From Paraspadella gotoi (taxonomy: Eukaryota; Animalia; Chaetognatha): 64,000 bases of DNA. Each line of letters begins with the position of its first letter. Positions within the stretch are counted from its first letter, which is position 1. This document shows, in pieces, positions 53,501 to 63,885 of the stretch. The position numbers and the translations under genes were made by a program. Location: positions 4,918,686 through 4,982,685 of the forward strand of contig CM119269.1 in the NCBI GenBank assembly GCA_051294375.1, in the 5' to 3' direction. The notes under the pieces are model-generated. The model was not told the DNA's origin and did no database searches. It saw only the letters and a program-made list of their open reading frames with translations.

Positions 53501-53675
53501 AATTAATATTTCTTCTTTTTTTTTTCCCCCAAGGCGCCAACAACGTCAAGTGTGTCTGCAAGCCGGGCTTCGTCGGTCCGCGCTGCGAGACCCAAGTCGA
53601 CCCATGCTACTCGCCCGTCAGACCCAAGTGCCTCAACGGCGGCAAATGCACCAGACAGAAGGTCAACAACGAGAA
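50539..53675 (+). CDS. Secreted multi-EGF protein, N-terminal part; exons 50539-50550, 50831-50947, 51164-51215, 51504-51685, 52122-52342, 52549-52676, 52908-52968, 53132-53385, 53534-53675
   Basis: MTSK/AALTLALIVVALVLVGVVNG signal peptide, an RRRS dibasic site, then about 7 EGF-like repeats (for example DVNECLKEDRCKNDGTC, CDSNPCAGRGTC, CVCKPGFVGPRCE). All splice phases are consistent. Confidence 0.88.
51760..51982 (-). mobile_element. tRNA-derived SINE copy in an EGF-gene intron
   Basis: The reverse complement matches 58255-58468 with scattered substitutions. Confidence 0.75.
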
Positions 53676-53824
53676 GTGAGGAGAGAGAGAGAGAGAGAGA
53701 GAGAGGAGAGGAGAGAGAGAAGAGATGAAGAGAGAGAGAGAGAGGAAGAGAGACTTGGAGAAAGGAGAGACAAGTCGCGCCCCAACGTAGAGATGAGGCC
53801 TTGTGAGGGTGAGAGGGGGAGAGG

Positions 53825-53875
<51 letters not shown>

Positions 53876-53927
53876 AGCAGGATAGTCGCCATTGCACCCA
53901 AGACACATAATACCTACACTAACTTAC

Positions 53928-54490
53928 TAAGGCGTAGTGAAGTTACATACGAAAATTCTAAAGTCAATTATGAACAACATACCATCAGTGAACATTAATT
54001 TGTAAAAAAAATTAATTTTATGCTTTTTAATTTTCGCAGTAGGCATATATTATATATAGTACTATCCTTATAAAATCGAAAAATTTCAAATAAGCTTTTC
54101 TTAATTTTGATTGCAGATTTGAATTCCTCGTCAAAAGTTGATAAAAGAAAATATAAATCATATTTTTAAAAATCTTTCATTAAGTGGGTTAAAAATTAAA
54201 AAAAACTAATATTTAATATATAAAAATTTAATTTTCAGCTTAAAATATAGCTTTTTCTAATTTTTGACCCACTTAATGAAGGAATTTTTCATAAAGAGTT
54301 ATATTTTTTTTATCAACTTTTTATGACAAATCCAAATCTGTAAAAAAATCTTAGAAAAAACTGTTTTGAAATTTTAACATTTATTGATTTAAGTTATATA
54401 AATATGGCCTACTGCGTAAATTGAAATTTATTCTAAATTTTTTATTATATAAATGTTCATTAATATAATGTTGTTCGTTCCTCACTTTAG
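53928..54490. mobile_element. Second copy of the MITE-like element, lacking its right end; a matching end (ctacgcctta) lies at ~46133-46163
   Basis: taaggcgtagtgaagttacatacgaaaattcta...ttgttcgttcctcacttt aligns by eye with 5254-5727. Confidence 0.65.
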
Positions 54491-54555
54491 AATTTTAAAT
54501 TATTTCTTTCTTTCTTTCTTCTAACTTACTTTCAATCACACTGTCAAATTTTCAG

Positions 54556-54955
54556 GAAAAGATTCCGAACTGGCAAAATTCGGTGATGGTCGCCAGGCAA
54601 CCGTCGGCGGCCAACAGGTGAGTCAAATTGTTTATTAGGTGCCACACTCACATTTTGAACTTTTATATTTGTTTTAAAATTTAGCCTAATGTAGTCTAAT
54701 ATATGAAAACAAGTAATCTTGCTATTTTTCATAGCCTGTAATAAGTAAAGTAAGCTTTGTTTAATAATTTCATAAACTAATAAATAAATTAAAACCCCAA
54801 CAACAACAAAACAGAGCTACCTCCTACGCGGAACGACTTCGCGTGGGCATCGCCGTCATTCACGGCGACCACACCATGATGCTCGGGGCGGAGGAGAGAG
54901 AGCGAGAGCTTGGAGGGAGACAGTCGCCGCCCAACGTAGAGATGGAGGCCTTGTG
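54556..54955 (+). CDS. PRPSAP: PRPSAP coding exons 6-7: 54556-54617 and 54815-~54955 (3' end of exon 7 also duplicated at ~53745-53808)
   Basis: EKIPNWQNSVMVARQPSAANR/ATSYAERLRVGIAVIHGDHTMMLGAEERERELGGRQSPPNVEM matches the PRPSAP segment IP.YRNAVIVAK..A.RA.SYAERLRLGLAVIHGE...DGRHSPP. Phase 0 joins exon 5. Confidence 0.9.
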
Positions 54956-55016
54956 GCTCTGTCCAATGTAATGATCCTGTCTGTCTTATGTCTTGTCTTA
55001 TCTTCTCTTCCTTTTT

Positions 55017-55047
<31 letters not shown>

Positions 55048-55857
55048 TTTTCTTTCTTTTCTTTCTTTTTTTTTTCTTTCTTTCTTTCTTCTTTCTTTCT
55101 TCTTCTTTCTTCTTTCTTCTTTCTTTCTTTCTTTCTTTCTTTCTTTTCTTTTCTTCTTTTTTCTTTCTTTTTTTTTTTTTTCTTTTTTTTCTTTTTTTTT
55201 TTTCCCTCCCTTTTTTTTTTTTTTTTTTTATTTTTTTTTTTTCTATCACTAACTCATAACAATAATTACTGTCTCTTCAACAGTCTCGTTTATTCACTCA
55301 CAGAGTACCTGGCTTCCCTGTCAATGAAGTGGTATAATGTTTCAAAGAATGTTTCAATTGTATGAAAAGACCACTCCCTTAAGTATTAGATCGGGGAATA
55401 CTATATTGTACTCCGCCCAGCATCAAAATACAAAGATCTGAATTTTATGAAATTGGTACAACCAATATAAAAATTATTCATTTATTTAATAAATAAGCCA
55501 TAAGCCTGACTTTGGACAGGCTTTGGTGGTTTAAGGCCTCCATCACTCTTACAAGATAATAACATAGCTTCGTCAGTCGACACTATTTGCTTCCCTTCAC
55601 GACTTTCACAATTTAATTTTTCTCAGTAATTCACGGTTTTCACTGACCTTGTGCGGCTCGCTTTATTACTCCCGTTACTTGATCCCTCTTTCACTTTCCC
55701 CTATATTTTAACCCGACCCGCTTTCACTGCTGCTTCCAGCTATTCTTGCGTTGACATTCTTCCCACTCTTTCCTATAATGACCATATGACTCACCTCTCT
55801 TCCGCATTTTCATTCTTTTCACGTCGTCTTATCCTACTTACCCCCTCCTCGTCCCAG

Positions 55858-56231
55858 GTCATCGCCTCCTTCTACGTCAAGCCCAACTTCCCCGGTCGCA
55901 GTTCTCACATCTGCAACGCGGGATTCATGGTTCACAAAGACTTTCGGCGTCTCGGCCTCTTGCGCCTTTTAACTCCCGTATTCCTCCGCGCGGCGAAGGA
56001 GCTCGGATTCGCGGCGTCTTTCTTCAACCTCGTCTTCGCCTCGAACGCGGGGGCGTTGAAGATTTACCGGGAGTTTGGTGAGTGGATAAAGTGAAGATCG
56101 AACGTGAAATTTCTCTTGAAGTGGTGGGTTTGTTGGAAAGTTTATACGGCGGCGGTGAAGAAAGTCAGTTTATTTGACAAGTTATTTGTAAGGGGAAAAG
56201 TGGTAACGAAAGGAACAAATTCTAAGAGTGG

Positions 56232-56312
<81 letters not shown>

Positions 56313-56476
56313 CGTCAGATTGTCAAACTATCTCTTTTCAAGGTTTCCGCGAGATTGGCGTCATTCCGTCCGCCGGTCGTCTCAAAGATGGCAGCGTCGT
56401 CGACGCGGTTCAGTTCTACTACGACCTCTCTACGTACGAAGTCGAAGCAGACGGCGACAAAAAAGCATCGAGCTAA
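55858..56476 (+). CDS. GNAT acetyltransferase exons 3-4: 55858-56077 and 56343-56476
   Basis: VIASFYVKPNFPGRSSHICNAGFMVHKDFRRLGLLRLLTPVFLRAAKELGFAASFFNLVFASNAGALKIYREFG/FREIGVIPSAGRLKDGSVVDAVQFYYDL...*. FY.KPN.PGRSSH.CNAGF and FNLV..SN are signature motifs of the L-azetidine-2-carboxylate acetyltransferase (Mpr1)/Spt10 family. Confidence 0.9.
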
Positions 56477-56696
56477 AAATAGTCACGTGATAGATAAACC
56501 TTTGCTGCGTTGTATTCTGTGATTACCTTGTTTTTTTGTTTTTTTTTAATTCCTCATGTTATTTCTCGTAAAGATGTTGCACGTCAAACATTTACATAAA
56601 TAAAAATTTGACTTGGAATTCAATGAAGCGTTTGTGATTGTCGCCGCGTCAATTGGCGTCTCCTCATTACGTCGTTACGTCACAGTGTCACAAAAA

Positions 56697-57529
56697 ATGA
56701 ACGCGGGGAAAGGATATGTGTTTTTGGCGGGAAGCTCCCATCCGAGGCTGTCGCAGGTTAGGTCAAGCCAGGGTCACTTCGGGTCGTGTCGGGTTTAGAA
56801 TTTGAAAAATTTTTATGTTACAGACGATCGGAGAGCAACTGATGCGCGACGTGGGAAAGTGTCGAACTTACCAAAAACCTTGCAAAGAAACTTGCGTCGA
56901 CATCCGAGAATCGGTTCGAGGTCAGGACGTCTTCATTTTGCAAAGCGGGTGAGAGGATTATGAGGATTAGAGAACTAGAGGATTAGAGGTAGTGTGGGAA
57001 TGTGAGGATTATGGGAATAAATGTGAAATATCGGATGAGGTGGGGAAAGCTGGCATTAGCTTCTAGAGCCTCCAAGCATTTCTTCTTGCTCAAAAAAGGT
57101 CGACGAATCCCAACGATGATTTGATGGAGTTGCTGCAACTCGTCTACGCCTGCAAGACCTCCTCCGCGAATAGGGTAACTTATGGAAAATGTTATCTTAT
57201 AATGTTTATTAAACATTATTAAACGCTCGACCTTACCTTCCAGATAATCGGAGTGATGCCTTACATCCCCTACAGTCGCCAGAGCAAGATGGCCAAGAGA
57301 GGTTCCATCGTCTGCAAGTTAGTGGCCAGGATGCTCGCCAAAGCAGGTAAGGCTCTCGGCCGCCTGGGTAGGTCGAGGTTCACTAGATTTCTAAGAAATT
57401 GCCTCTCTAATTTCGCCAGGAATGAACCACCTCATCACGATGGACTTACCTCAAAAGGAAATTCAGGCTTTCTTCGATTTTCCCGTCGATAACTTGAGAG
57501 CTGCGGCTCTGTTGCTGCAGTACATTCAA
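56697..57529 (+). CDS. PRPSAP: PRPP synthetase-associated protein (PRPSAP), coding exons 1-5: 56697-56756, 56824-56948, 57099-57174, 57244-57346, 57420-57529
   Basis: Manual splice with GT-AG boundaries and matching phases gives [170 protein letters not shown] and QKEIQ.FF are typical of PRPSAP rather than catalytic PRPS. Confidence 0.93.
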
Positions 57530-57622
57530 GTGAGGTTGCAATGTAGATGCGCCTTCTCTCTCTCTCTTCTCTCTCTCTCTCTATCTCTCTTCTTCTCCTC
57601 TCTCTCTCTCTCTCTTCTCTCT

Positions 57623-57653
<31 letters not shown>

Positions 57654-57671
57654 ACTATCTCTCTCTCTCCA

Positions 57672-57723
<52 letters not shown>

Positions 57724-57728
57724 CTCAC

Positions 57729-57765
<37 letters not shown>

Positions 57766-57849
57766 CCAATCTCAAAATCTTTCAGTCACTCTCCCCCTTA
57801 CCCCCACACATCCCCTGTAACCGATCCACATCCCCCCCACCCACCTCAG

Positions 57850-58050
57850 CGTGACCGTCTCCCACTTCAACCCCGACTCCGACCCGACGCCCCCGCCGTC
57901 GTCGACGCCCTCTACCGGATGTTCGAGTTCGTCGTTGATGAAGGGATGTCGTATCCTCAGACGGAGGCGGAGATTTCCTGCTTGGAAGACTTCGAGTCAT
58001 ACTGGATGGCGAGAGACGTCTTCCTGTGCAGGAGGACGGAAGACGGAAAG
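57850..58050 (+). CDS. GNAT acetyltransferase exon 2 (apparent small indel near 57885)
   Basis: VTVSHFNPDSD..., then in a shifted frame PAVVDALYRMFEFVVDEGMSYPQTEAEISCLEDFESYWMARDVFLCRRTEDGK|GT. The EG.SYP and F..YW motifs are characteristic of Mpr1/Spt10-type GNATs. Confidence 0.8.
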
Positions 58051-58237
58051 GTTGGGTTACTTTTTATTTATTATGAAATTGGTTACAACCAATACAAAAT
58101 TATCAATTCATTTAATAAAATAACCTATCTTGCCCCTGACTTTGGACAGGCTTTGGTGGTTTAAGCCTCCATCACTCTTACAAGATAATGACATAGCAGG
58201 TCCCGGAAAGCTTTCAATCAAGACTCTTTCACAGTAT

Positions 58238-58468
58238 GGTGGACTAAAACCCACCAACCGTTCATCAGCGGCCATTGGTGCCGGAGGCAAGTCATTCGCC
58301 TCCCAACCCAAAGGTCCGGGGTTCTAGCCCGGTGGTCGTCTGGCAGTTAAGAGGGACGGGGCGCTTAACCCGCCTGTAACATAGTGTTACAGCCTGATCC
58401 GAAGCTCAGGGACTGCTTATATTGAACGGTTCTATCACTAACTCATAACAATAATTACTGTCTCTTCA
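58238..58468 (+). mobile_element. tRNA-derived SINE copy
   Basis: tRNA-like head at 58268-58339 (GCGGCCA...TGGTCGT acceptor stem, TCGCCTCCCA anticodon region, CCGGGGTTCTAGCCCGG T-arm/B box). Near-identical copies at 58654-58850 (+) and 51760-51982 (-). Confidence 0.75.
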
Positions 58469-58653
58469 TTGGTGAGCCCGACTTCCGAACACAACAGCAA
58501 CAACAACACTTTCAGGCGACATGCCTCAACCTGGCGATGCACTTTCCGCCCTCAACACATCAGGCGACATGCCTCAACTTGGTGACGCACTTTCCACCAA
58601 CAACAATTCACTGAAGAGACGCAACAGACATCTTCCTACGGGAGGGGGGATGT

Positions 58654-58850
58654 ATGGTGGACTAAAACCCACCAACCGTTCATCAGCGGCCATTGGTGCC
58701 GGAGGCAAGTCATTCGCCTCCCAACCCAAAGGTCCGGGGGTTCTAGCCCGGTGGTCGTCTGGCAGTTAAGAGGGACGGGGCGCTTAACCCGCCTGTAACA
58801 TGGTGTTACAGCCTGATCCGAAGCTCAGGGACTGCTTATATTGACGGTTC
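58654..58850 (+). mobile_element. tRNA-derived SINE copy (3' truncated)
   Basis: Almost identical to 58238-58430. Confidence 0.72.
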
Positions 58851-58971
58851 GCAAGTTACATTTTTATTTTACTCATGCGATTTAGATATATTATCGCATA
58901 AAATAATATTAATTCTCGAGCAGACTAACAGATAAAAAGTACGAAAAAAACAAACAAACAAAAAAGAAAGG

Positions 58972-59057
58972 ATGGCCTACGCGATGAAACACAAGAGAAT
59001 TTGGGTCGACTTACCCTTTCTACCGATTGAGAAAATGCTGGAAAAAGGCGGATTCAG
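58972..59057 (+). CDS. GNAT acetyltransferase (Mpr1/Spt10-like), probable exon 1
   Basis: ATG-initiated MAYAMKHKRIWVDLPFLPIEKMLEKGGF ends at an AG|GTGAG donor in phase 2, which fits the acceptor at 57850 (giving FSVTVSHF). Assignment is by phase and weak family resemblance. Confidence 0.55.
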
Positions 59058-59102
59058 GTGAGATAGACGTTTGTTAAAGTAAAACCAGCGGAAAACACTT
59101 TC

Positions 59103-59144
<42 letters not shown>

Positions 59145-59154
59145 TCAGGAGATT

Positions 59155-59203
<49 letters not shown>

Positions 59204-59644
59204 AAGGAGAGAGAAGAGAGGAGAGAGGGAGGAAAGCCGAGATTATTAAGTCCTAACTCGGAGAAAATTCCTTTTTTTTTTTCCTTTTCTTTGCCATGTA
59301 ATACTATAGTATGTCAAAGTTTAATACTGAAATACTTTAATAATTGTCCTAATAAAATAAATATGTTTTAGGTCCGGAAACTCTGATCTCTCTTGCACCC
59401 TCTCGCGCTCTTACACTCGCGCTCTCTGTTCCTCTCGGTCGTTCTCTCTCTCGTACTATCTATCTCTCTCTCTGACTCGCTCTCTCTCTCTCTCGCTCAC
59501 TCTCGTTAACTCGGGCCACATTTTTTGTTATCGCCCATTTACCTTCGACTTGAGTCTCCGTTTTGAGCAGCGAGTAGTCTAGAGCTGGGCCCAATCACGT
59601 GCTGAGTCTTGGCAACCAATCAGGATATGGAAGATGTACTTCGA

Positions 59645-59683
<39 letters not shown>

Positions 59684-59981
59684 GGCATTCTGCATGACCT
59701 ACTTATAATCAAGGTCGTCTCTAATCTTATACTTTACGATATCTGCAAAGTCAAAGAAACAACAAAAATGAAACAAAGTTCTCGAATTTTTAAAACAATA
59801 TTTAGAAGCGCATAATTATTGTGTGAATCTTTCTTTCTTCCTTTATGTTATTACCATCGTGAATAAATGGTTTTTTTTTAATTCTCTCTTTTTATTACTT
59901 TTTTTGTGTTATTCTTTGTTTCTTTTCTTGTTGGTTTCTTTGTTTGTTTCTTTGTTTGTTTCTTTGTGTGGATTTTTTGTC

Positions 59982-60037
<56 letters not shown>

Positions 60038-60749
60038 TTTTTCTTTTTTCTTTCCTTCTTTTACTTCAGCTTAACCTTTGACCTCGCTCCAGTTTCCAAA
60101 GTTCACCGCCGATCGTCTTATCAGAATATTTCCGCCAACTGAACTCTGAATTTTGGTGGTCCCGCTCTTTCTCTCTCTCTCTCTCTCTCTCTCGTCACTG
60201 TCATTGTCATCTTTTTCCTAATCGTCACAGTTGTCATCGTCATCGCTGTCAGTATCGTCTTCATCGTCGTCATCGTCGCTGTCGTGTTTGTTACAATCTT
60301 TGCCCTCGGGAAAAAAAAACATAATTTTAAGTTTTTTTTAAAACGAAGGACGGACCGACCAAGTGACTCATTCGGGAAGATTCGTCGCTGCCAAAAATTG
60401 ACAAGAAAACGACGTATCGATTATTAATTTCATTACGAAGAAAACTGGATTCGGGGGGAAAAAAATGCAGAACGAATCAGATTTCGAAGAGAGAGAAAAA
60501 CATTGGGGGATCTCGTGTTCGACTGGCGGTTTAGAAAGGCTTGGAGGGCCGGGGTTTCTATTTGACTCCGTTTATTGGAATTGAAATGACAAAGATTGAA
60601 GCGCGCGATAGAAGATTGGCACTTCCGAGAAGGGAACTGAATTCATGGGGGATCTCGAAGAAGGAGGAAAAAAAAAAAATTAAGTCTCGCCCCCTCTCCC
60701 CAATTACTGTCTACTTTTTCACTCGTGCCCACAGCGTCCCCCCACCCAC

Positions 60750-62633
60750 CTGTCATAAATATTAAACCTGACCCTCTCCAACCGCCCGTCGACCGGGTCC
60801 TCCACCAGGACTCGATCCATACTCCTCAGGTCAGCCTCGGCGTCGCGATATTCCGCGCCGATAGGAAGCGACGCCAGCGCCGCGTAGTGGGACGGCGCTG
60901 ACTCTTTTAGGCGCTCGGCGGCGCGGAATCCGTCCACCAGGGTCGTTTGACCCCCGGCTCCGTCATGGAACATGCTTCGGGGGGGTACGTGGAAAGGGTC
61001 GGGAGGGTGATGAAAATCAAGCATTGTAAACCTTTGTAAATACTAGTCAAGAAAATATTGAAGAAGATCAGAAAATGACAAGTTTCAGAAGTACCAGAGT
61101 TCTATCCTACCAGTCTGCTCGGTTGCTTGCATTCAAGCTGGTTTTCATTAATAACCCCTTACACGTGAAAGACTTGAATCCCGGTGGCGTATCCCAAATA
61201 GGTGGAGTCATTGTGAGACCCCAACGCCAAGTTGGTGTAGGCCGTGTCCCCTCGTTTCATATCGGCGGTGAAGGTCCAGATGTCGCCGAAGGTCGTCGGT
61301 TGGATGAAGCAGAGGCGTTCGGAGACGAGGCGCGTCCCGGCCGGCGACGCTTCGGCGCCTTCGACGATGGAGAAGCCGAAGCGGACGAGGTTGTCCAGGT
61401 GAGAGCGGAGTCCTTTATTTGGGAGAAAGGGTGGATAAAGCAAGCATCGCTTAGGTCAAAAGGACATTTAATACCTTTTAGTCTTTTTGGTCGAATGAAA
61501 TATTGAAACGGGACTCGAGGCCTCACATTTGAGTCTGAATGAATGCCTATTGCCTAAATATTAAATATTAAACACCGACCCGACTATTTTTCTTACCGAC
61601 CTAATCTTCTTCCTCACCAACATCTCCTTATTCCTTGCCAACATTGACTTTTCTTTCGCCTTATCTTCCTCACCTCGCCGATCTCAACTTTTTCCTCACC
61701 AACATCTCTTAATTCCTTGCCAACATTGACTTTTCTTTCCTCACCTCATCGATCTCAACTTTTTCCTCACCTTCTGCCTCACCGATCTCACCTCCTTCTG
61801 ATTCCATAAAACTTTCAAAATCGACGACCGGCAGCGCCGACTCTTCCCACCGGCGCGCCTCCCACGTCACTTCCGGTTTCGTGGGGGCGTGGCGTCGTCC
61901 GAAGCGAAGAAGGAAGGAGAAGGGGAGAGAAGTCACGTGACCGTCGGACCAGGTCAGGGTGAGAGCTGAGGGAGAGAGGGGAAGGAGAGAGAGAGAGAGT
62001 TTGAAAAGTTCAAATTTTAAATTAATTATGAAATGTGGAACAAATACATATGAGTATTATGACAATGAGAAAGAGGAGTGATTTGAATTTTTGATTAAAA
62101 ATTAATTATGCCCAAAGTGCGGAACAAACACTTCTCTCGGAAAATCGGAGAGAGAGAGAGACTGACTTACTTTCCACTCCGTCTTTATCCTCGACAATCT
62201 TCACGTCTTCGGGTCTTCCGTTCACGTCCACGTCCTCGATCTCCAGGCTGCGCTGCTGCGTCGCCGCGTTGAAGCATCTCTCGCAGCGGCAGTGGTCGCG
62301 AAGCCAGACGAAATGCAGCCGCAGCGGGTCTTCGAATCGCTGCTCGAGGGTGTCGACGCCGGCGTCGGACGCGCCTCGAAATCTCAGCTCCAAGTGATCC
62401 TCGAAAAGTTGGACCGTGGACGCCGTCGTCGAAAGCGGCGACGTTTTTGGCGCCGCGGATAGAGAGCGAGACGATGGAAAGAAGATGGGGCGAGTCCGAG
62501 ATCTATCGAAGTGGACGGTACGCCGATGAACTTCGCTCGTTGGCCTAATTATCTGTAAACTGGACGACAATCTCGTCCGGCGAGATGAGCGGAAACTCGG
62601 CCACAGAGTCGAAAATGATCGAATCGGCAACAT
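60750..62633 (-). CDS. TMLHE: Trimethyllysine dioxygenase (TMLHE/BBOX family), exons 62633-62171, 61965-61792, 61412-61163, 60974-60750; C-terminal exon(s) not found
   Basis: Arg/Ser-rich presequence-like N-terminus, WLRDHCRCERCFNAATQQR (GBBH N-terminal Zn motif), TWSDGHVTS, RGDTAYTNLALGSHNDSTYL..ATGIQVFH (HxD iron ligands), GGQTTLVDGFRAAERLK and VRFNIYDR. Splice phases are consistent. Confidence 0.88.
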
Positions 62634-62852
62634 GTTTGGTTGGTCTTATCACAGATTAACTAGTTAAAGACATCAATTACAAAACAAGAATCATTTTTAA
62701 AAAGAAATGAAGAAATGATGGAAGACTCGTTTTTAATTGGAACAATAAAACTTGTCTTTAACGAAAACTCAACGAAAAGAAAGTTTTAACACAATGTCAA
62801 GAAATCGTTTTAAACTGTTTTAAATACGTTCAAATCCAAGATTATACAAAAA

Positions 62853-62883
<31 letters not shown>

Positions 62884-63754
62884 CTCCCGGTGAGATTTAG
62901 ATTTTCAAATTTAAATAGTCCACGACAGTTTCAAAAAGTAATAGAAAGTTCACCGATTTTTCAACACGAGGCCAAGTTTAGACTAACCTCTCTCGGTCTC
63001 TCTCTGCTTATCGCTGATCGTTCAAAAAACTGATCGAGTTAAACGAGTTAATTGAATCGAATCTGAGTTTGGTTTTACCGAGTAAGAAATTTGCACATTG
63101 GCAATTATTTATTAGAATTAAACTCTAATTACTCGTGATTGGATGAATGGATTGGAAGGAAATTTTGTGTGAGAGTAGGAAAGTAAGTGATTGAGCTAGA
63201 TATAAAGTTTCGATGGAATTTGTACGAGTGGAAATGAGTTTAAATGGAAAAAACAAAAGTCATATTTACTTGAAGTATTTTTACTTATATTTAGTCATAA
63301 TTATTATAAATTATATTTATTAAAAATAGGAAAGATAAATTGAAATCTAATTTAGTGTGTCGGTAGGTAGATTTTAAATTAGAAAATCAAAAGATGCATT
63401 TTTTTTATTTTTAAAAGTTTGTTTGTCTCTATTTCTCTCTGATTGATTTATTGATTTATTAATTGTTAATTTGCTTAAATTTTTGATTGAAAAATTTTTT
63501 AATTGATTTAATGAGAACTTATGATTTATAAATTTATGATCTAGTTATGATTCTTTATGTTTCTCTCTCTCTATTTATTTATAAATTTTCTTGTCACATT
63601 CAACCAACATCATTGTATCATTGATTAATGATCGATTATCATCACGTCAATGATCGATTAATATCGTATCTACTATTACAGCATCAATAAATCGTTATCA
63701 TTGCATCGATAAATCCTTCGGTAGCATCGCTTTATTAATTGGGAATCAACAATC

Positions 63755-63885
63755 GGGAAGTGATGATCGGGAAGTGAAGATTGGGAAGTGATGATCGGGA
63801 AGTGAAGATTGGGAAGTGATGATCGGGAAGTGATGATCGGGAAGTGATGATCGGGAAGTGATGATCGGGAAGTGACCATCGGGAA
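63755..63885. repeat. 14-bp minisatellite (GGGAAGTGATGATC), about 9 copies
   Basis: Read directly; includes variant units GGGAAGTGAAGATT. Confidence 0.9.

Noticed and set aside
55445-55568. Long target-site duplication around the SINE (matches 58071-58197)
   Set aside because: About 125 bp is far too long for a target-site duplication. It is more likely another dispersed repeat or a junction duplicate.
55858-56476. Bacterial or fungal contaminant contig
   Set aside because: The gene has GT-AG introns containing host-type (GA)n repeats and is contiguous with PRPSAP.
46234-57529. Two or three separate PRPS/PRPSAP paralogues or pseudogenes
   Set aside because: The fragments are non-redundant and join in phase into exactly one complete protein.
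58268-58339. Functional tRNA-Gly gene
   Set aside because: The anticodon stem and D-arm do not pair properly, there is no poly-T terminator, and it is embedded in a longer dispersed repeat. It is better explained as a SINE head.
63755-63885. CRISPR-like or telomeric array
   Set aside because: It has no unique spacers and is not a telomere motif; it is a plain 14-bp minisatellite.
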